Shown: piece after piece, positions 9,334 to 19,229 of the stretch | How the letters are laid out: the number at the start of each line of letters is the position of its first letter | Numbering within the stretch: the stretch's first letter is position 1 | NCBI GenBank assembly: GCA_965248435.1 | Contig: OZ252100.1 | Location: 4,914,102-4,978,101 of the forward strand | Source: Candidatus Latescibacterota bacterium | Lineage (GTDB): Bacteria; Latescibacterota; UBA2968; GCA-2709665 | DNA length: 64,000 nt | Direction of reading: 5' to 3' | The notes under the pieces: generated by a model | What the model was told of the DNA's origin: nothing | The model's database searches: none | Seen by the model: the letters and a program-made list of their open reading frames with translations, nothing else | Position numbers and translations under genes: made by a program

Positions 9334-10776
9334 ATGAACCGCATTAGATCACTCGCGGGTTACGGTGTAGTCATTGTGGTTGTCGGGACAGCCAGTGCTT
9401 TGGTCACGGCTCTGATCATGAATATCTTCGAGCGAAAGACCGAAGCGTTGAACCCGTACGTGCGCCTTGTGGAGGTGGGGGAAGATGATACCGACCCCAA
9501 GAAGTGGGGTGTTAATTGGCCCAAGCAGTTCGACTCCTACCAGCTGACAGCCCTCGCCACGCGTACTCGCTTTGGGGGACACGGCGGCAGCGAAGCGCTT
9601 CCGGAAGAGAAGATCGAGCGCGATCCGTGGCTTAAGCGAATGTTTCTGGGCTACGCCTTTTCCATCGACTACCGGGATCATCGTGGTCACGCCTACATGC
9701 TGCACGACCAGGAGGCGACCGAACGTCTGACCAAGCCCCAAACGGGTTCCTGTTTGCATTGTCATGCATCCGTCATGCCCTTGTATCGGGAGCTGGGTGG
9801 AGGCGACGCCATTGCGGGCTTCGACATGACCTACAAGATGTCTTATCAGGAGCTGAACACCAGGCTGCACGAGAGTGGCCATGCTCACGCTGTTTCCTGT
9901 GTTGATTGCCACGATCCCAGGACAATGGAACTGCGAATCACGCGTCCGGGATTCATTAGGGGAATTCAAGCTCTCGCCGAATCCGAAGCCCTCTTGCCAC
10001 AGATGCCCTCAATCGAACGCTGGCGTGACACGAATCGGAAAGCGCCTTACAACCCAAATCTCGTGGCCACGCGCACGGAAATGCGTTCTTTCGTCTGCGC
10101 TCAATGCCACGTGGAATACTACTGTTCCAGTGCAATGCCACTTGAGTTCCCCTGGAGCAATGGGCTTCGCGTCCAGGATGAAGAAGCCCACTGGAACGAA
10201 ACCACCTTACCCGACGGATCTCGATTTTACGACTATAAGCACGGTGAGACGGGCGCCGAGATTCTCAAGGCCCAACATCCGGAGTTTGAGTTGTGGTCGC
10301 AGGGGATTCACTCTCGATCGGGTGTCGCGTGCGCGGATTGTCATATGCCATATCAACGCGATGGAGCGACCAAAGTTTCAGACCACTGGGTACGAAGTCC
10401 GTTACTCAATGTCAACCGCGCGTGCCAGATTTGCCACCATGTCGAGGAAAAGGAGATCATTGCTCGGGTAGGTGCCATTCAGGAGCGAAACTTCAATCTC
10501 CTCCAACGCGCTGCCCAGGCGCTGATGGATCAACTCGATGCGATCCAGGCCGCCAAGCAGGCCGGTGCCACTGATACTCAATTGCACGAGGCCCTTGAAC
10601 TCCAGCGCAAGGCGCAGTGGCGCCTGGACTTCATTGCCGCAGAAAACTCGATGGGATTTCATGCCCCTCAGGAAGCGGCGCGGATCCTTGGTGAAGCGGC
10701 TGATTATGCCCGCCAGGGCCAGGTAGCTGCACTCATAGCAAAGGGATCTGCTGCGATCGACAGCAAGCCCGAGTAA
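9334..10776 (+). CDS. nrfA: ammonia-forming cytochrome c nitrite reductase NrfA (pentahaem)
   Basis: 480 aa with a signal anchor and five CxxCH motifs (CLHCH, CVDCH, CAQCH, CADCH, CQICH). The first haem motif is CxxCH rather than the canonical CxxCK. Confidence 0.8.
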   Translation: MNRIRSLAGYGVVIVVVGTASALVTALIMNIFERKTEALNPYVRLVEVGEDDTDPKKWGVNWPKQFDSYQLTALATRTRFGGHGGSEALPEEKIERDPWLKRMFLGYAFSIDYRDHRGHAYMLHDQEATERLTKPQTGSCLHCHASVMPLYRELGGGDAIAGFDMTYKMSYQELNTRLHESGHAHAVSCVDCHDPRTMELRITRPGFIRGIQALAESEALLPQMPSIERWRDTNRKAPYNPNLVATRTEMRSFVCAQCHVEYYCSSAMPLEFPWSNGLRVQDEEAHWNETTLPDGSRFYDYKHGETGAEILKAQHPEFELWSQGIHSRSGVACADCHMPYQRDGATKVSDHWVRSPLLNVNRACQICHHVEEKEIIARVGAIQERNFNLLQRAAQALMDQLDAIQAAKQAGATDTQLHEALELQRKAQWRLDFIAAENSMGFHAPQEAARILGEAADYARQGQVAALIAKGSAAIDSKPE

Positions 10777-10789
10777 GGTCTATTCTAAA

Positions 10790-11614
10790 CCATGGTAAGC
10801 GACCGCGATATCTTCTTCTTCGACCTGCGCGGGTATCTGTTGCTGGAACAAGCCCTGTCGGCCCAGGAAGTCGCCCAACTGAACAGCGATTCTGGACGAG
10901 GCACCTGAACTCAAGCCTGGAGAGTGGTGGGGCCACGTACACGCGCATTGGTATGACGACCACGACGGGCTGAACCTTCAGCAGATTTACGAAGCGGGTG
11001 AGCCGTTCGAACGGCTCATCGACCATCCGTCCTGGATCGACAAGGTCAAATGTTTCGTGGGTGGGGAGGGCACGTTCGACTGGAATCACGGACCGTTGTT
11101 CATCGACGAAAACTTCGCCAACTTTCGTGGGCCGGGCGAAGCGATCGGCATGCATTCGGGTGGACATCTCGGCTCGTTGCGTAACCAGTTTCGCGTTAAG
11201 AACGACAAGTTTCATTGCGGCCAGATCAACGTGCTTATGGCTCTGACGGACATCGGTCCAGGGGATGGCGGCACGCTGATCATCCCCGGTTCGCACAAGT
11301 CCAACTTCGCCCACCCGGACTTCGAGCAGGTTCGTATGCGCGCCGAACGTGCCGGCGACATTCCGGAGGGGGCCCTGGAATTCCACGTGAAGGCCGGCGA
11401 TGCCCTGCTCTTTGTCGACTCGATCTGTCACGGTTCGGCCAGGCGCGTCAACCCGGGCCGGCGGCGCACGGTCGTCTACCGCTATGGTCCGTCGTGGGGC
11501 AACTTTCGGCACAACTACGATGTCTCACAGGATTTGCTGGCGCGCCTGACGCCTGAGCGGCAGCAGATCGTAAGACCCCGTTCCGCCTGGCCGCCGGAAA
11601 CACCATCGGGGTGA
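10790..11614 (+). pseudogene. PhyH-family dioxygenase interrupted by a single-nucleotide frameshift
   Basis: The N-terminal frame 'MVSDRDIFFFDLRGYLLLEQALSAQEVAQLNS' hits a stop at about 10895. The protein continues in the -1 frame as 'AILDEAPELKPGEWWGH...' into ORF 11057..11614, which carries the 'GTLIIPGSHK' motif. One missing nucleotide near 10890 restores a single ~270 aa protein. Confidence 0.5.
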
Positions 11615-11834
11615 ATGGCATAGCGGGTGGCCCATCAGTCGATGGAACGGCCTGCCGACGCGGTGCGTCTAATACCATGGTCAGTTGTAGGCAGATGGAG
11701 AGAGCGGCTTTGAGAAAAGCCATCTATGACCGCGGACCACAGACGGCGGACCGCCAAACGCGAATGATCACGTTATTCGTCTCGCGGTCTGCGGTTTGTC
11801 GTCCGTCGCCTGCCTTTGAGGGAGGGATAAGAGA

Positions 11835-12179
11835 ATGGCTCTGGTCTTGAGCAGCAACGAGATTCCGGAAACGGTCGTGTCGGACCTCGCGATCCGGCGC
11901 ACAATCACGGGTGAAAACCTGATGCTGACGCGCTATGAAGCGAAGGCGGGCGCGGAGTTCGAGGGTCACAGTCACCCGGAAGAGCAGGTCGGCTACGTGA
12001 TCAAGGGTCGCGTCGAGTTCTTCATCGGGGAGCCGGAAGTGAGGTACGAGTTCGCCGCAGGGACGTTCTTTCGGTTCGAACCCAACGAGCGGCACCGGTC
12101 GAGGGCGCTCGAAGACATCGTTGTCGTGGACATCTTCTCTCCGCCGAGGCCGGAGTACGTGGCAGAGGCCAAGCGTTAA
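11835..12179 (+). CDS. cupin domain protein
   Basis: 114 aa with the two-His cupin motif 'EFEGHSHPEEQVGYVIKGRVEF'. Confidence 0.6.
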   Translation: MALVLSSNEIPETVVSDLAIRRTITGENLMLTRYEAKAGAEFEGHSHPEEQVGYVIKGRVEFFIGEPEVRYEFAAGTFFRFEPNERHRSRALEDIVVVDIFSPPRPEYVAEAKR

Positions 12180-12235
12180 TCCAGTCACGACCAGGCTTGA
12201 ATGGATATGTGGACCTCGTCTTACCACATAGGGTA

Positions 12236-12266
12236 ATTATAATGTATATTTATAGTACGCGACTAC
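12236..12266 (+). promoter_or_regulatory. possible sigma70-like promoter for the 12302 gene (TTACCA-N18-TATATT)
   Basis: The AT-rich spacer at 12180-12300 contains TTACCA...TATATT and overlapping TATAAT-like hexamers. The ribosome-binding site AGGAGG lies at 12288-12293. Weak, sequence-only call. Confidence 0.2.
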
Positions 12267-12301
12267 TTCAACCAGTCGGTGTAAACCCCAGGAGGTAACT
12301 T

Positions 12302-12931
12302 ATGAATCGATGGATCGCGCTTTTGATCGTTTTTGCGTTCGGGCTCGGTTCCCCAGCCTTCGCCGATGTGATCTGGCCGGAGACCGATCCGGAGCAGGAG
12401 GGGATCGCCGGGGTCATTCCGAATCCCTTTTACGCGGGGCGGCTCGAGGTCAGCCCCGTCTTATCGATGACTATCTCAGGAAACACACTCGTGTATCGCG
12501 CGGGTGCGTCGGTCGGCTACTCGATCACGCTCGGCCACCAGGTCGGTGGGTCGTTCGTGGTCGGCAACCGAATCTGGGATCGTAGTTCGAGGAGCGACGT
12601 CCTCCTGAGATCACCTGGAAACACGGGGAATCAGGGCACGCCGTATCGTTCCTTCGACGATGGATTCGGGTCCTCTCTAACCGGGTTCTATCGCTACAAT
12701 ATTCCCTGGGAGGTCGAAAAGCGGACCTTCCCGTTCGTAGAGCTGTTCGGGGGGCGTGACTTCTGGAGTTGGGGGGACATCAGCGAGCTCGGGGCAGGAA
12801 CGGGTGTTCGAAAGATGGTAAGCAAAAGGACCGCGTTGACGGCCCAATACGCCTATTCTGTCCTGTTTGCGAACGGTGAGCAGGCGCAGCGGCACGTCGT
12901 GACGGCGGGGATATCGAAGTTTTTCAGATAA
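12302..12931 (+). CDS. secreted or outer-membrane hypothetical protein
   Basis: Signal peptide 'MNRWIALLIVFAFGLGSPAFA'. Alternating beta-strand-like composition and a C-terminal aromatic residue. Preceded by an AT-rich spacer. Confidence 0.45.
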   Translation: MNRWIALLIVFAFGLGSPAFADVIWPETDPEQEGIAGVIPNPFYAGRLEVSPVLSMTISGNTLVYRAGASVGYSITLGHQVGGSFVVGNRIWDRSSRSDVLLRSPGNTGNQGTPYRSFDDGFGSSLTGFYRYNIPWEVEKRTFPFVELFGGRDFWSWGDISELGAGTGVRKMVSKRTALTAQYAYSVLFANGEQAQRHVVTAGISKFFR

Positions 12932-13080
12932 TCTCTCCAGAAGAGCAAAACAGACCCGGTCCCACGGTTGTGGGGCCGGGTTTTTTGTGCTCTTCACCGA
13001 ACTTCGGGACGAGGTGGGAGATCTAGGGGAAGACTCATCCTTCCCTTGCTACAATCGGTTCTTCCTACCCCACGACATCC

Positions 13081-13420
13081 CATGCCTCCGGCGGCCTACT
13101 TTTCTTGTCTCGCCACAAGAAAAGTAGGCAAAAGAAAGGCGCCGCTCAAACGCCGCGGGGGCTCGGGCCGCGGCACCTCACCCTCAGTAGAAAGGACGAT
13201 GGCGGCAATCAGGGCGGGACTCCTGCCCCGCCTGACGCCCACTATGGGACCGGCCCAGAGGGCCTAACCGCGTGGGAGGTGAAAGAACGAGGTTGCATGG
13301 GAGTCGCACACCGCGGCCCTGATGGCTTTGAGCGATGCATCTCGCGAGTTCGGGGTCGCTCGCAATCCGGCGAGTTTTACAAATAAAGCCTATTTTGTTA
13401 ACCCCAACATTCGGCGATGA
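13081..13420. repeat. modular structured repeat R1, copy (modules B + C2 + tail)
   Basis: ATGCCTCCGGCGGCC motif. Hairpin ctacttttcttgt/acaagaaaagtag and ggcgcc..ggcgcc. A ~140-nt domain closed by GGCCGCGG/CCGCGGCC. Tail '...ccaacattcggcga'. Confidence 0.7.
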
Positions 13421-13440
13421 ACCTTTTTTCGTCTGGTCGT

Positions 13441-13770
13441 TCATCTTTTGGTTTCCACTCGGGCGGCAAGCGGGCGGATCTTCTGGAGGTCCTTTCGGTA
13501 GCGCTGCTCTGATTCCCAAAGGTCCCTCGTACGCTGCGCATTCAACCAGAATTCTGGCGAATTCCCGAACAGACGGGAAAGCTTCAACGCCATGACAGGT
13601 GTGATCGCGCGTCTTTCCCTGAGCAGCTCATTCACTGTCTGACGCGAGACACCAATTCCCTTCGCGAGGGTTGCAGTTGTCAAATTGTAATCCGGAATGA
13701 AGTCTTCCCGAATCATCTCTCCCGGATGTGTCGGTGCGTATCTTCGCTTGCGCCTATTTGGTATGGACAT
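13441..13770 (-). CDS. higA: HigA antitoxin (XRE-family HTH)
   Basis: 109 aa. 'HPGEMIREDFIPDYNLTTATLAKGIGVSRQTVNELL' is the HigA/VapI-type HTH. Lies 13 nt downstream of higB. Confidence 0.75.
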   Translation of the reverse strand: MSIPNRRKRRYAPTHPGEMIREDFIPDYNLTTATLAKGIGVSRQTVNELLRERRAITPVMALKLSRLFGNSPEFWLNAQRTRDLWESEQRYRKDLQKIRPLAARVETKR

Positions 13771-13782
13771 ATGACCTCTCTC

Positions 13783-14067
13783 CTAATGATAGTCGGTGAT
13801 CTCGACGTCGAACGCATCGCCATCAGCAAAACGAAAGCAGATCCGCCATTGATCGTTGATCGATATGGAGAATTGCCCTCTCCGATCGCCTCTCAATGCG
13901 TGTAGTCTATTGCTAGGTGGGACCCTCAGGTCATCGAGTGTTTTCACAAGATGAACATATTCCAAACGACGAATCGCCCGCCTCAGAAGATTGGGTGGCA
14001 AGCGTTTCGATGTGCCGGTAATGAAAAGTTCCTCCGTTTCTCTGTTCCTGAACGACCTTATCATCAT
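13783..14067 (-). CDS. higB: HigB toxin (RelE/ParE superfamily mRNA interferase)
   Basis: 94 aa beginning 'MMIRSFRNRETEELF', a plasmid-maintenance killer-protein signature. Toxin-first order with higA. The region is low in GC. Confidence 0.7.
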   Translation of the reverse strand: MMIRSFRNRETEELFITGTSKRLPPNLLRRAIRRLEYVHLVKTLDDLRVPPSNRLHALRGDRRGQFSISINDQWRICFRFADGDAFDVEITDYH

Positions 14068-14231
14068 TGAAATGTAACGTGTAACGTGACGATTGTCAAG
14101 AGAGAATATGCAGAATTTTCGGGTAGCGAGGTAGGAAGATCCGTTGCACGTCGGATGGATAATCGATATTTTGCAGGCCGAGAGACGGAATCCCGTCGCC
14201 CTATCTTTTCGGTAGAATGGAGGTTTCCCTC

Positions 14232-15731
14232 ATGGCACTGATCGACATCGGCTCGCAGAAGCAGCTCTTCGTCGATGACTATTTGATCGAGAGCATGACG
14301 CTCACGAAGCGGGTGATGAACCCGGCTGAAAAGGTCGAGAACAACCCGGTGCTTCGCGCGGAACGTCCGTGGGAGGGGGATGAGGTGCGCCTCTCCTACG
14401 TCACGTTTGACGAACGGGACCAGGAATTCAAGATGCGCTACCGGGGCGGGACCCACACGGTGCAGCAGGGCGACGGGGAGGTGATCATCGAGGAGCGAAA
14501 CGCGGTCAACTGCCTCGCGGTCTCGAAAGACGGCGTGCACTGGGAGCGTCCGGTCGTGGGAGAGGTCGAGTTCCAGGGCAGCAAGGAGAACAATATCGTG
14601 CCCGAGCGTGCTGGGCTGCCTAATGCCGAGCACAAGCCCCCACACATCCTTGAGGATCTCCACGAAACGGACCCGGCAAAACGGTACAAGGCCCTCCGCT
14701 GGACGATGGACACCCGCGCACCGATGCAGGCCTTTCTGTATACTTCTCCAGACGCGTGGAATTGGACGCCTTACGAGAACAATCCGCTGTTCGATACGAC
14801 CCCGAAGATCGGGCGATGGGGCCCCTCTCACCTGATGGGCTGGGACCCCATAAGAGAGACCTACGCGATCACCATCGAGAATTCACACCACCGGCGTGGA
14901 CCCATGGGCAAACGGCTGATCGGCCGCTCGGAGAGCCCCGACATGATCGAGTGGAGCGAGCCGGAGACGATCCTGGTTCCCGACGAGCAGGACGCCCCCG
15001 ATATCGAGTTCTACAGCATGCCCACGATCGTCTACGAGAATATGTATGTCGGGTTGGTGTGGATCTTCAGCACGACCAACACGACCCACCACCCGGAGCT
15101 GGTCTTCAGCCGCGATGGTGTCCACTATGAACGCCGTTACCGCGCGCCGTTCATCCGCCGGGGGTCTGGTATAGAGTTCGACAGCACGTCGATCTACGCG
15201 TACCCGCCCATCGTTCACGGAGACCGCATCCTGACTTACTACGTCGGCACCAACTGGCGATCTCCCGAGCAGCTGCTGGCACTCGGCAAAAAAGGGACTG
15301 CCGCAGTCGGCCTTGCCGTAACGCGCCTGGATGGCTTAGTCTCCCTGGATGGGACCAAGGGGCGTCCGGTGGATGTTCCGACTCCTAATCCGCGGTTTCG
15401 CGATGCACCGCCCCCGCGGGTCGCCGATTTCAGCGAGATGGTCACGCGGTCCTTCGGCTTCTCGGGCTCGCAGCTGCATCTCAACCTTCGGCCTGCGTTT
15501 CAGCAGTGGGGCGCATCGCCGTGCGAGGTCCGGGTCGAGGTCCTCGAGCCGAATAACGACTATATCGATGGCTACAGGTTCGATGACGCGGACCCGATCT
15601 CAGGCCCGGATTCTCTGGACCACGTCGTTTCCTGGCGGAGGAAGTCGGACCTGAGCAACCTGGCCGGTAAGACGATCAAGCTTCGATTCTACTTTAAGAA
15701 CTGCAAGCTCTATTCGTTTCAATTCAAATAG
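14232..15731 (+). CDS. glycoside-hydrolase-like beta-propeller protein (GH43/GH32-like fold, putative)
   Basis: ATG at 14232 after GGAGG. 500 aa starting 'MALIDIGSQKQLFVDDYLIES'. The family assignment is tentative. Confidence 0.4.
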   Translation: MALIDIGSQKQLFVDDYLIESMTLTKRVMNPAEKVENNPVLRAERPWEGDEVRLSYVTFDERDQEFKMRYRGGTHTVQQGDGEVIIEERNAVNCLAVSKDGVHWERPVVGEVEFQGSKENNIVPERAGLPNAEHKPPHILEDLHETDPAKRYKALRWTMDTRAPMQAFLYTSPDAWNWTPYENNPLFDTTPKIGRWGPSHLMGWDPIRETYAITIENSHHRRGPMGKRLIGRSESPDMIEWSEPETILVPDEQDAPDIEFYSMPTIVYENMYVGLVWIFSTTNTTHHPELVFSRDGVHYERRYRAPFIRRGSGIEFDSTSIYAYPPIVHGDRILTYYVGTNWRSPEQLLALGKKGTAAVGLAVTRLDGLVSLDGTKGRPVDVPTPNPRFRDAPPPRVADFSEMVTRSFGFSGSQLHLNLRPAFQQWGASPCEVRVEVLEPNNDYIDGYRFDDADPISGPDSLDHVVSWRRKSDLSNLAGKTIKLRFYFKNCKLYSFQFK

Positions 15732-15744
15732 AAAGTGTATCGCT

Positions 15745-15885
15745 CCTCAGGACCTAACCCCCCCAACCCCCCTTCCCTGAAGGGAAGGGGGGAGCGGCGA
15801 GGAAGACGCGTTAGTTGACTTCCTCGTGAAAATGGCTTTTGTCTTCCCTCCCCTTTAGGGGAGGGACCGAGGGAGGGGTCCAGAA
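15745..15885. repeat. GC-rich hairpin cluster (R2-related), possible transcription terminator
   Basis: ccccccaaccccccttccctgaagggaagggggg and cttccctcccctttaggggagggaccgagggaggggtcc lie between convergent or neighbouring genes. Confidence 0.4.
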
Positions 15886-15975
15886 TTGCCGCATCCTCCG
15901 AACCGTATTTGTATGGTCAGGTCATTTTGAATATATTGGCCCAGGTGCTTCTCTATCTGAAACTGGAGGTGAGGT

Positions 15976-16761
15976 GTGAGCCTGTTTTCGCTGGAAGATC
16001 GCGTCGCGCTGGTCACAGGGGGAGGGCGTGGGATTGGACGTGGGATCGCGGAGGGTTTGGCTGCCCACGGGGCAAGGGTCGTCTGCGCTGCTCGAACCCA
16101 GTCACAGCTGGAGGAGGTCGTGGAGGGCATTCGGTCCGCGGGAGGCGAAGCAGAGGCCGTTCAGGTCGACATGGCGGATCTCGCCTCGGTCAGGAAGTGC
16201 GTCGAGGAGACGATTGCCCACTGCGGGCGTGTGGACATCCTCGTGAACAACGCGGGCACCAACGCCCGAATGCCCATCGTTGACGTCACTGAGGAGGACT
16301 ACGACCGGGTGATGGCTGTAAACCTGAAGGGGATCTATTTTCTGACGCAGGCGGTGGCCCGGGATATGATCCCGCGCAAGCGGGGAAAGGTGATCAACAT
16401 CGGCTCGCTGACGACGGGTGTCGGGATGCCGAAGATCTCTATCTATGGAGCGACAAAGGGGGGCGTTGGACAGCTCACGAAGGCGCAGGCGATCGAGTTC
16501 GCGGAACACAACATCCAGGTCAACACCCTCTGCCCCGGGTTTGTCCTGACCTACTTTACGGAGAAGATCTGGGCGGACCAGGCGATGCAGGCGTGGATGA
16601 AAGGCCGACTCGCGCAGGGGCGGCTGGCGACTCCGGAAGACATGGTCGGCACGGCGATCTTCCTGGCCTCGGAGGCTTCTGACTACGTTACGGGACAGTC
16701 GATCTTCGTGGACGGAGGATTCATGGCCGGAGAGCCGTGGCCGTTTCCGGATAACGTGTAA
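15976..16761 (+). CDS. SDR family oxidoreductase
   Basis: GTG start. TGGGRGIG cofactor motif, NNAG, and a catalytic YGATK tetrad. Confidence 0.8.
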   Translation: MSLFSLEDRVALVTGGGRGIGRGIAEGLAAHGARVVCAARTQSQLEEVVEGIRSAGGEAEAVQVDMADLASVRKCVEETIAHCGRVDILVNNAGTNARMPIVDVTEEDYDRVMAVNLKGIYFLTQAVARDMIPRKRGKVINIGSLTTGVGMPKISIYGATKGGVGQLTKAQAIEFAEHNIQVNTLCPGFVLTYFTEKIWADQAMQAWMKGRLAQGRLATPEDMVGTAIFLASEASDYVTGQSIFVDGGFMAGEPWPFPDNV

Positions 16762-16961
16762 CAATCGCGGAATCACCGCAGAGGCGCAGAGGCATGTCCC
16801 TGCGAAAGCAGGGATCGCAGAGGAAACCCGGCCCAATTTCATAACACCATTCCATGTCCGTAGAGACGCCCCGGCGGGGCGTCTCGAACCCGTAAATTGA
16901 TCGCACACTTGGATTGGGAATTGATAACGCGGTATCACACAAACCAGATTGATTCATCGAA

Positions 16962-18815
16962 ATGAATGACACTCTCGCCGGATTGATGAACGAAAGTTTT
17001 GAAAAGCACGCGGACCGAACCGGCATCCGCGTGCTCAGGGCATCGGGGGGAAAGGGCGAAGGACTCCAGTATGTACCGATCAGTTATGCACAGCTCCGGG
17101 AACAGCGAGACCGGCTGGCCTCCGGAATCGCGGGGATAGGGATCGAAAAGGGCGCCAGGCTGGGGATCCTGACCGACGGTGGGCTGGAGCCTGTCCTGAT
17201 TTTTCTGGCGGCAGATCTGCTGGGCTGTTCGTCGGTGCCGCTCTGCAACAAGCACCCTGACGACATCCTGCTTCACAGCATCAATGATTCCCGGATCGAG
17301 GTCCTGTTCGCCGACGCCAAGAGCGTGGATCAGATGGAACGCGTCCGGGATCGGCTGACGCATTCACCCCGGATCATCCTGACGGAAGGTCGGTCGGAAG
17401 ACACGCTGTCTTTTTTCGACCTGGCCAATTCGGGTCGGGGGACCGAGCCCCCGAAGGTGGAGCTCCATCCCGACGACGAATCGAAGGTCGTCTACACATC
17501 GGGTTCGTCCGGGCCCCCGAAGGGGGTCGTGCAGACGCAGGGAAACATCGTGGCGAACGTCCGATCGGTGTGGGATGCAATCTCTATGCGGGATCCGTGC
17601 ATCCTGTTCAAGTCTGCGCCGGACTACCACACGATGGGGATCCTGAACATCTATTATCCGTTGGCCAAGGGATGGATCCTGGACCTCGCCCGCTCCCCCG
17701 AGCGCGTGTTGACGGACATCCGGTATTCACAACCCCACTCTTTTTTGACTGTTCCCCTGGTTCTGGACAAAGTCTACGGCAACGTCCGGAAGGAGATCGA
17801 TGCGGGCGGGTTCAAGGGCAGGCTTGTCGCGCGGTCCGTTCGCGCCAAGCAGAGACGGTCGCGGAAAGAGGCGTCGATAGGCGATCACCTGATCTACGGC
17901 ACCATCGGGAAGCGGGTGGTTCAGAAGATCCGCGCGAAGCTTTCGGAACGCGTCGGCAAGGACCTGGAAGTGCTGATCGTGGGTTCGGCAAAGGCGGATC
18001 CCGAAGCGCTCGATTTTTTTCAGGACGTACTCGATATCAAGGCGTTCGAAGGCTACGGGACGACCGAATGCTGCCCGCTGATCGCGACCAATCGCCTCGG
18101 GGCGCAAAAGACCGGGACGGTCGGAAAACCTCTGCTTGAAGTCCGGATCGTCGGGGGGGACGGAGATGAGCTTGGATACGGGGACCCGGTGGAGGGGACC
18201 TACAGAGGAAGCGACGGACAGCACGGAGAGCTCCTGGTCTCCGGACGCCACGTGATGAAGGAGTACCTGGGCCTTCCCGAGGAGACGAAACAGACGCTCC
18301 AGGTGGATGAGGCAGGGAAGACCTGGTACCGCACCGGCGATCTTTTCAGCATGGATGAAGAGGGCTTTTTGACGTTCAGGGGACGTCTCGGGCGGCAGTT
18401 CAAGCTCAGAAACGGGGAGTTCGTGAATCCCGAGCGCCTCGAACGACTGTATGCACGCGTCCCGCTTATCGAGCACGTCCTCGTAGCCGGGGACCAGGGT
18501 CGCACCTTCCCGCTGCCGATCGTGACGGTCAATCTGGAGGAGGCCAGGAGCCAGAAGGAGATCCTGGAGACGCCTGTGAATGATGACGACGCGCTGAGAG
18601 GGGATGACAGGATCGCGGACCGGATCCGCGAGCTGATGCTGAAAGAGGCGGACGACGCGGGTCTGCCGGCGCACGAGCGACCCCAGAAGATCCTTGTCCT
18701 CCCCGACGCACTGAGCGAGCAGTCGGGGACGCTGACGAAGGGGTTGAAGAAGGTCGTGCCGAAGGCGGTTATGGAGAAATACAGCGCGCTCGTCGAAGAG
18801 GCTTACACGAAATAG
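16962..18815 (+). CDS. AMP-dependent synthetase/ligase (long-chain acyl-CoA synthetase-like)
   Basis: 617 aa. AMP-binding motif 'YTSGSSGPPKGV', plus 'GYGTTE' and 'WYRTGD' motifs. Confidence 0.75.
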   Translation: MNDTLAGLMNESFEKHADRTGIRVLRASGGKGEGLQYVPISYAQLREQRDRLASGIAGIGIEKGARLGILTDGGLEPVLIFLAADLLGCSSVPLCNKHPDDILLHSINDSRIEVLFADAKSVDQMERVRDRLTHSPRIILTEGRSEDTLSFFDLANSGRGTEPPKVELHPDDESKVVYTSGSSGPPKGVVQTQGNIVANVRSVWDAISMRDPCILFKSAPDYHTMGILNIYYPLAKGWILDLARSPERVLTDIRYSQPHSFLTVPLVLDKVYGNVRKEIDAGGFKGRLVARSVRAKQRRSRKEASIGDHLIYGTIGKRVVQKIRAKLSERVGKDLEVLIVGSAKADPEALDFFQDVLDIKAFEGYGTTECCPLIATNRLGAQKTGTVGKPLLEVRIVGGDGDELGYGDPVEGTYRGSDGQHGELLVSGRHVMKEYLGLPEETKQTLQVDEAGKTWYRTGDLFSMDEEGFLTFRGRLGRQFKLRNGEFVNPERLERLYARVPLIEHVLVAGDQGRTFPLPIVTVNLEEARSQKEILETPVNDDDALRGDDRIADRIRELMLKEADDAGLPAHERPQKILVLPDALSEQSGTLTKGLKKVVPKAVMEKYSALVEEAYTK

Positions 18816-18919
18816 CTTCAGCGATCGAAACACGGGGTTTCTGGCCTTATCATCTGGCGCCATTTGGAAAACTGGGGCCTTCCCGGTCTGGAGACTGGTT
18901 GCCCTCTCCACACAACCCC

Positions 18920-19117
18920 ATGCCTCCGGCGGCCAACTTTTCTTGCTCGCCCAAGAAAAGTTGGACTAAAGAAAGGCGCCCCTCAGGCGCCGGGGAGGCT
19001 GACTTTTCCGCGAACCGTCCCAGTAGCCCTAGAGATGTTTGTGTCCTTGGATCTCTTGTGGTGTCCACAAACGGGAGTGCTTGACGGATAAGCGCGGAAA
19101 AGTCCCACCCCACCCCC
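18920..19117. repeat. R1 copy (modules B + C1)
   Basis: ATGCCTCCGGCGGCC. Hairpin aacttttcttg/caagaaaagtt. Module C1 ends in 'aagcgcggaaaagtcccaccccacccc'. Confidence 0.7.
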
Positions 19118-19229
19118 AAACCGGTGGTCAGCCTTGCCGTTCTTGGTCTGGAATCACCCAAGCGAGAAGGCCGGCTAACATCTTGCGAACGTGGAATCGG
19201 GTCCTTATTTTAGAACCAGATAAAGAACC

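Noticed and set aside
18899-19084. Small repeated protein family 'MPPAANFSCSPKK...' (ORFs at 18899, 47794, 53209, 55323, 58069, 61539, 61852)
   Set aside because: These ORFs lie entirely within R1 repeat modules. Differences between copies are compensatory stem changes rather than codon-wise conservation, and there is no ribosome-binding site. Treated as non-coding.
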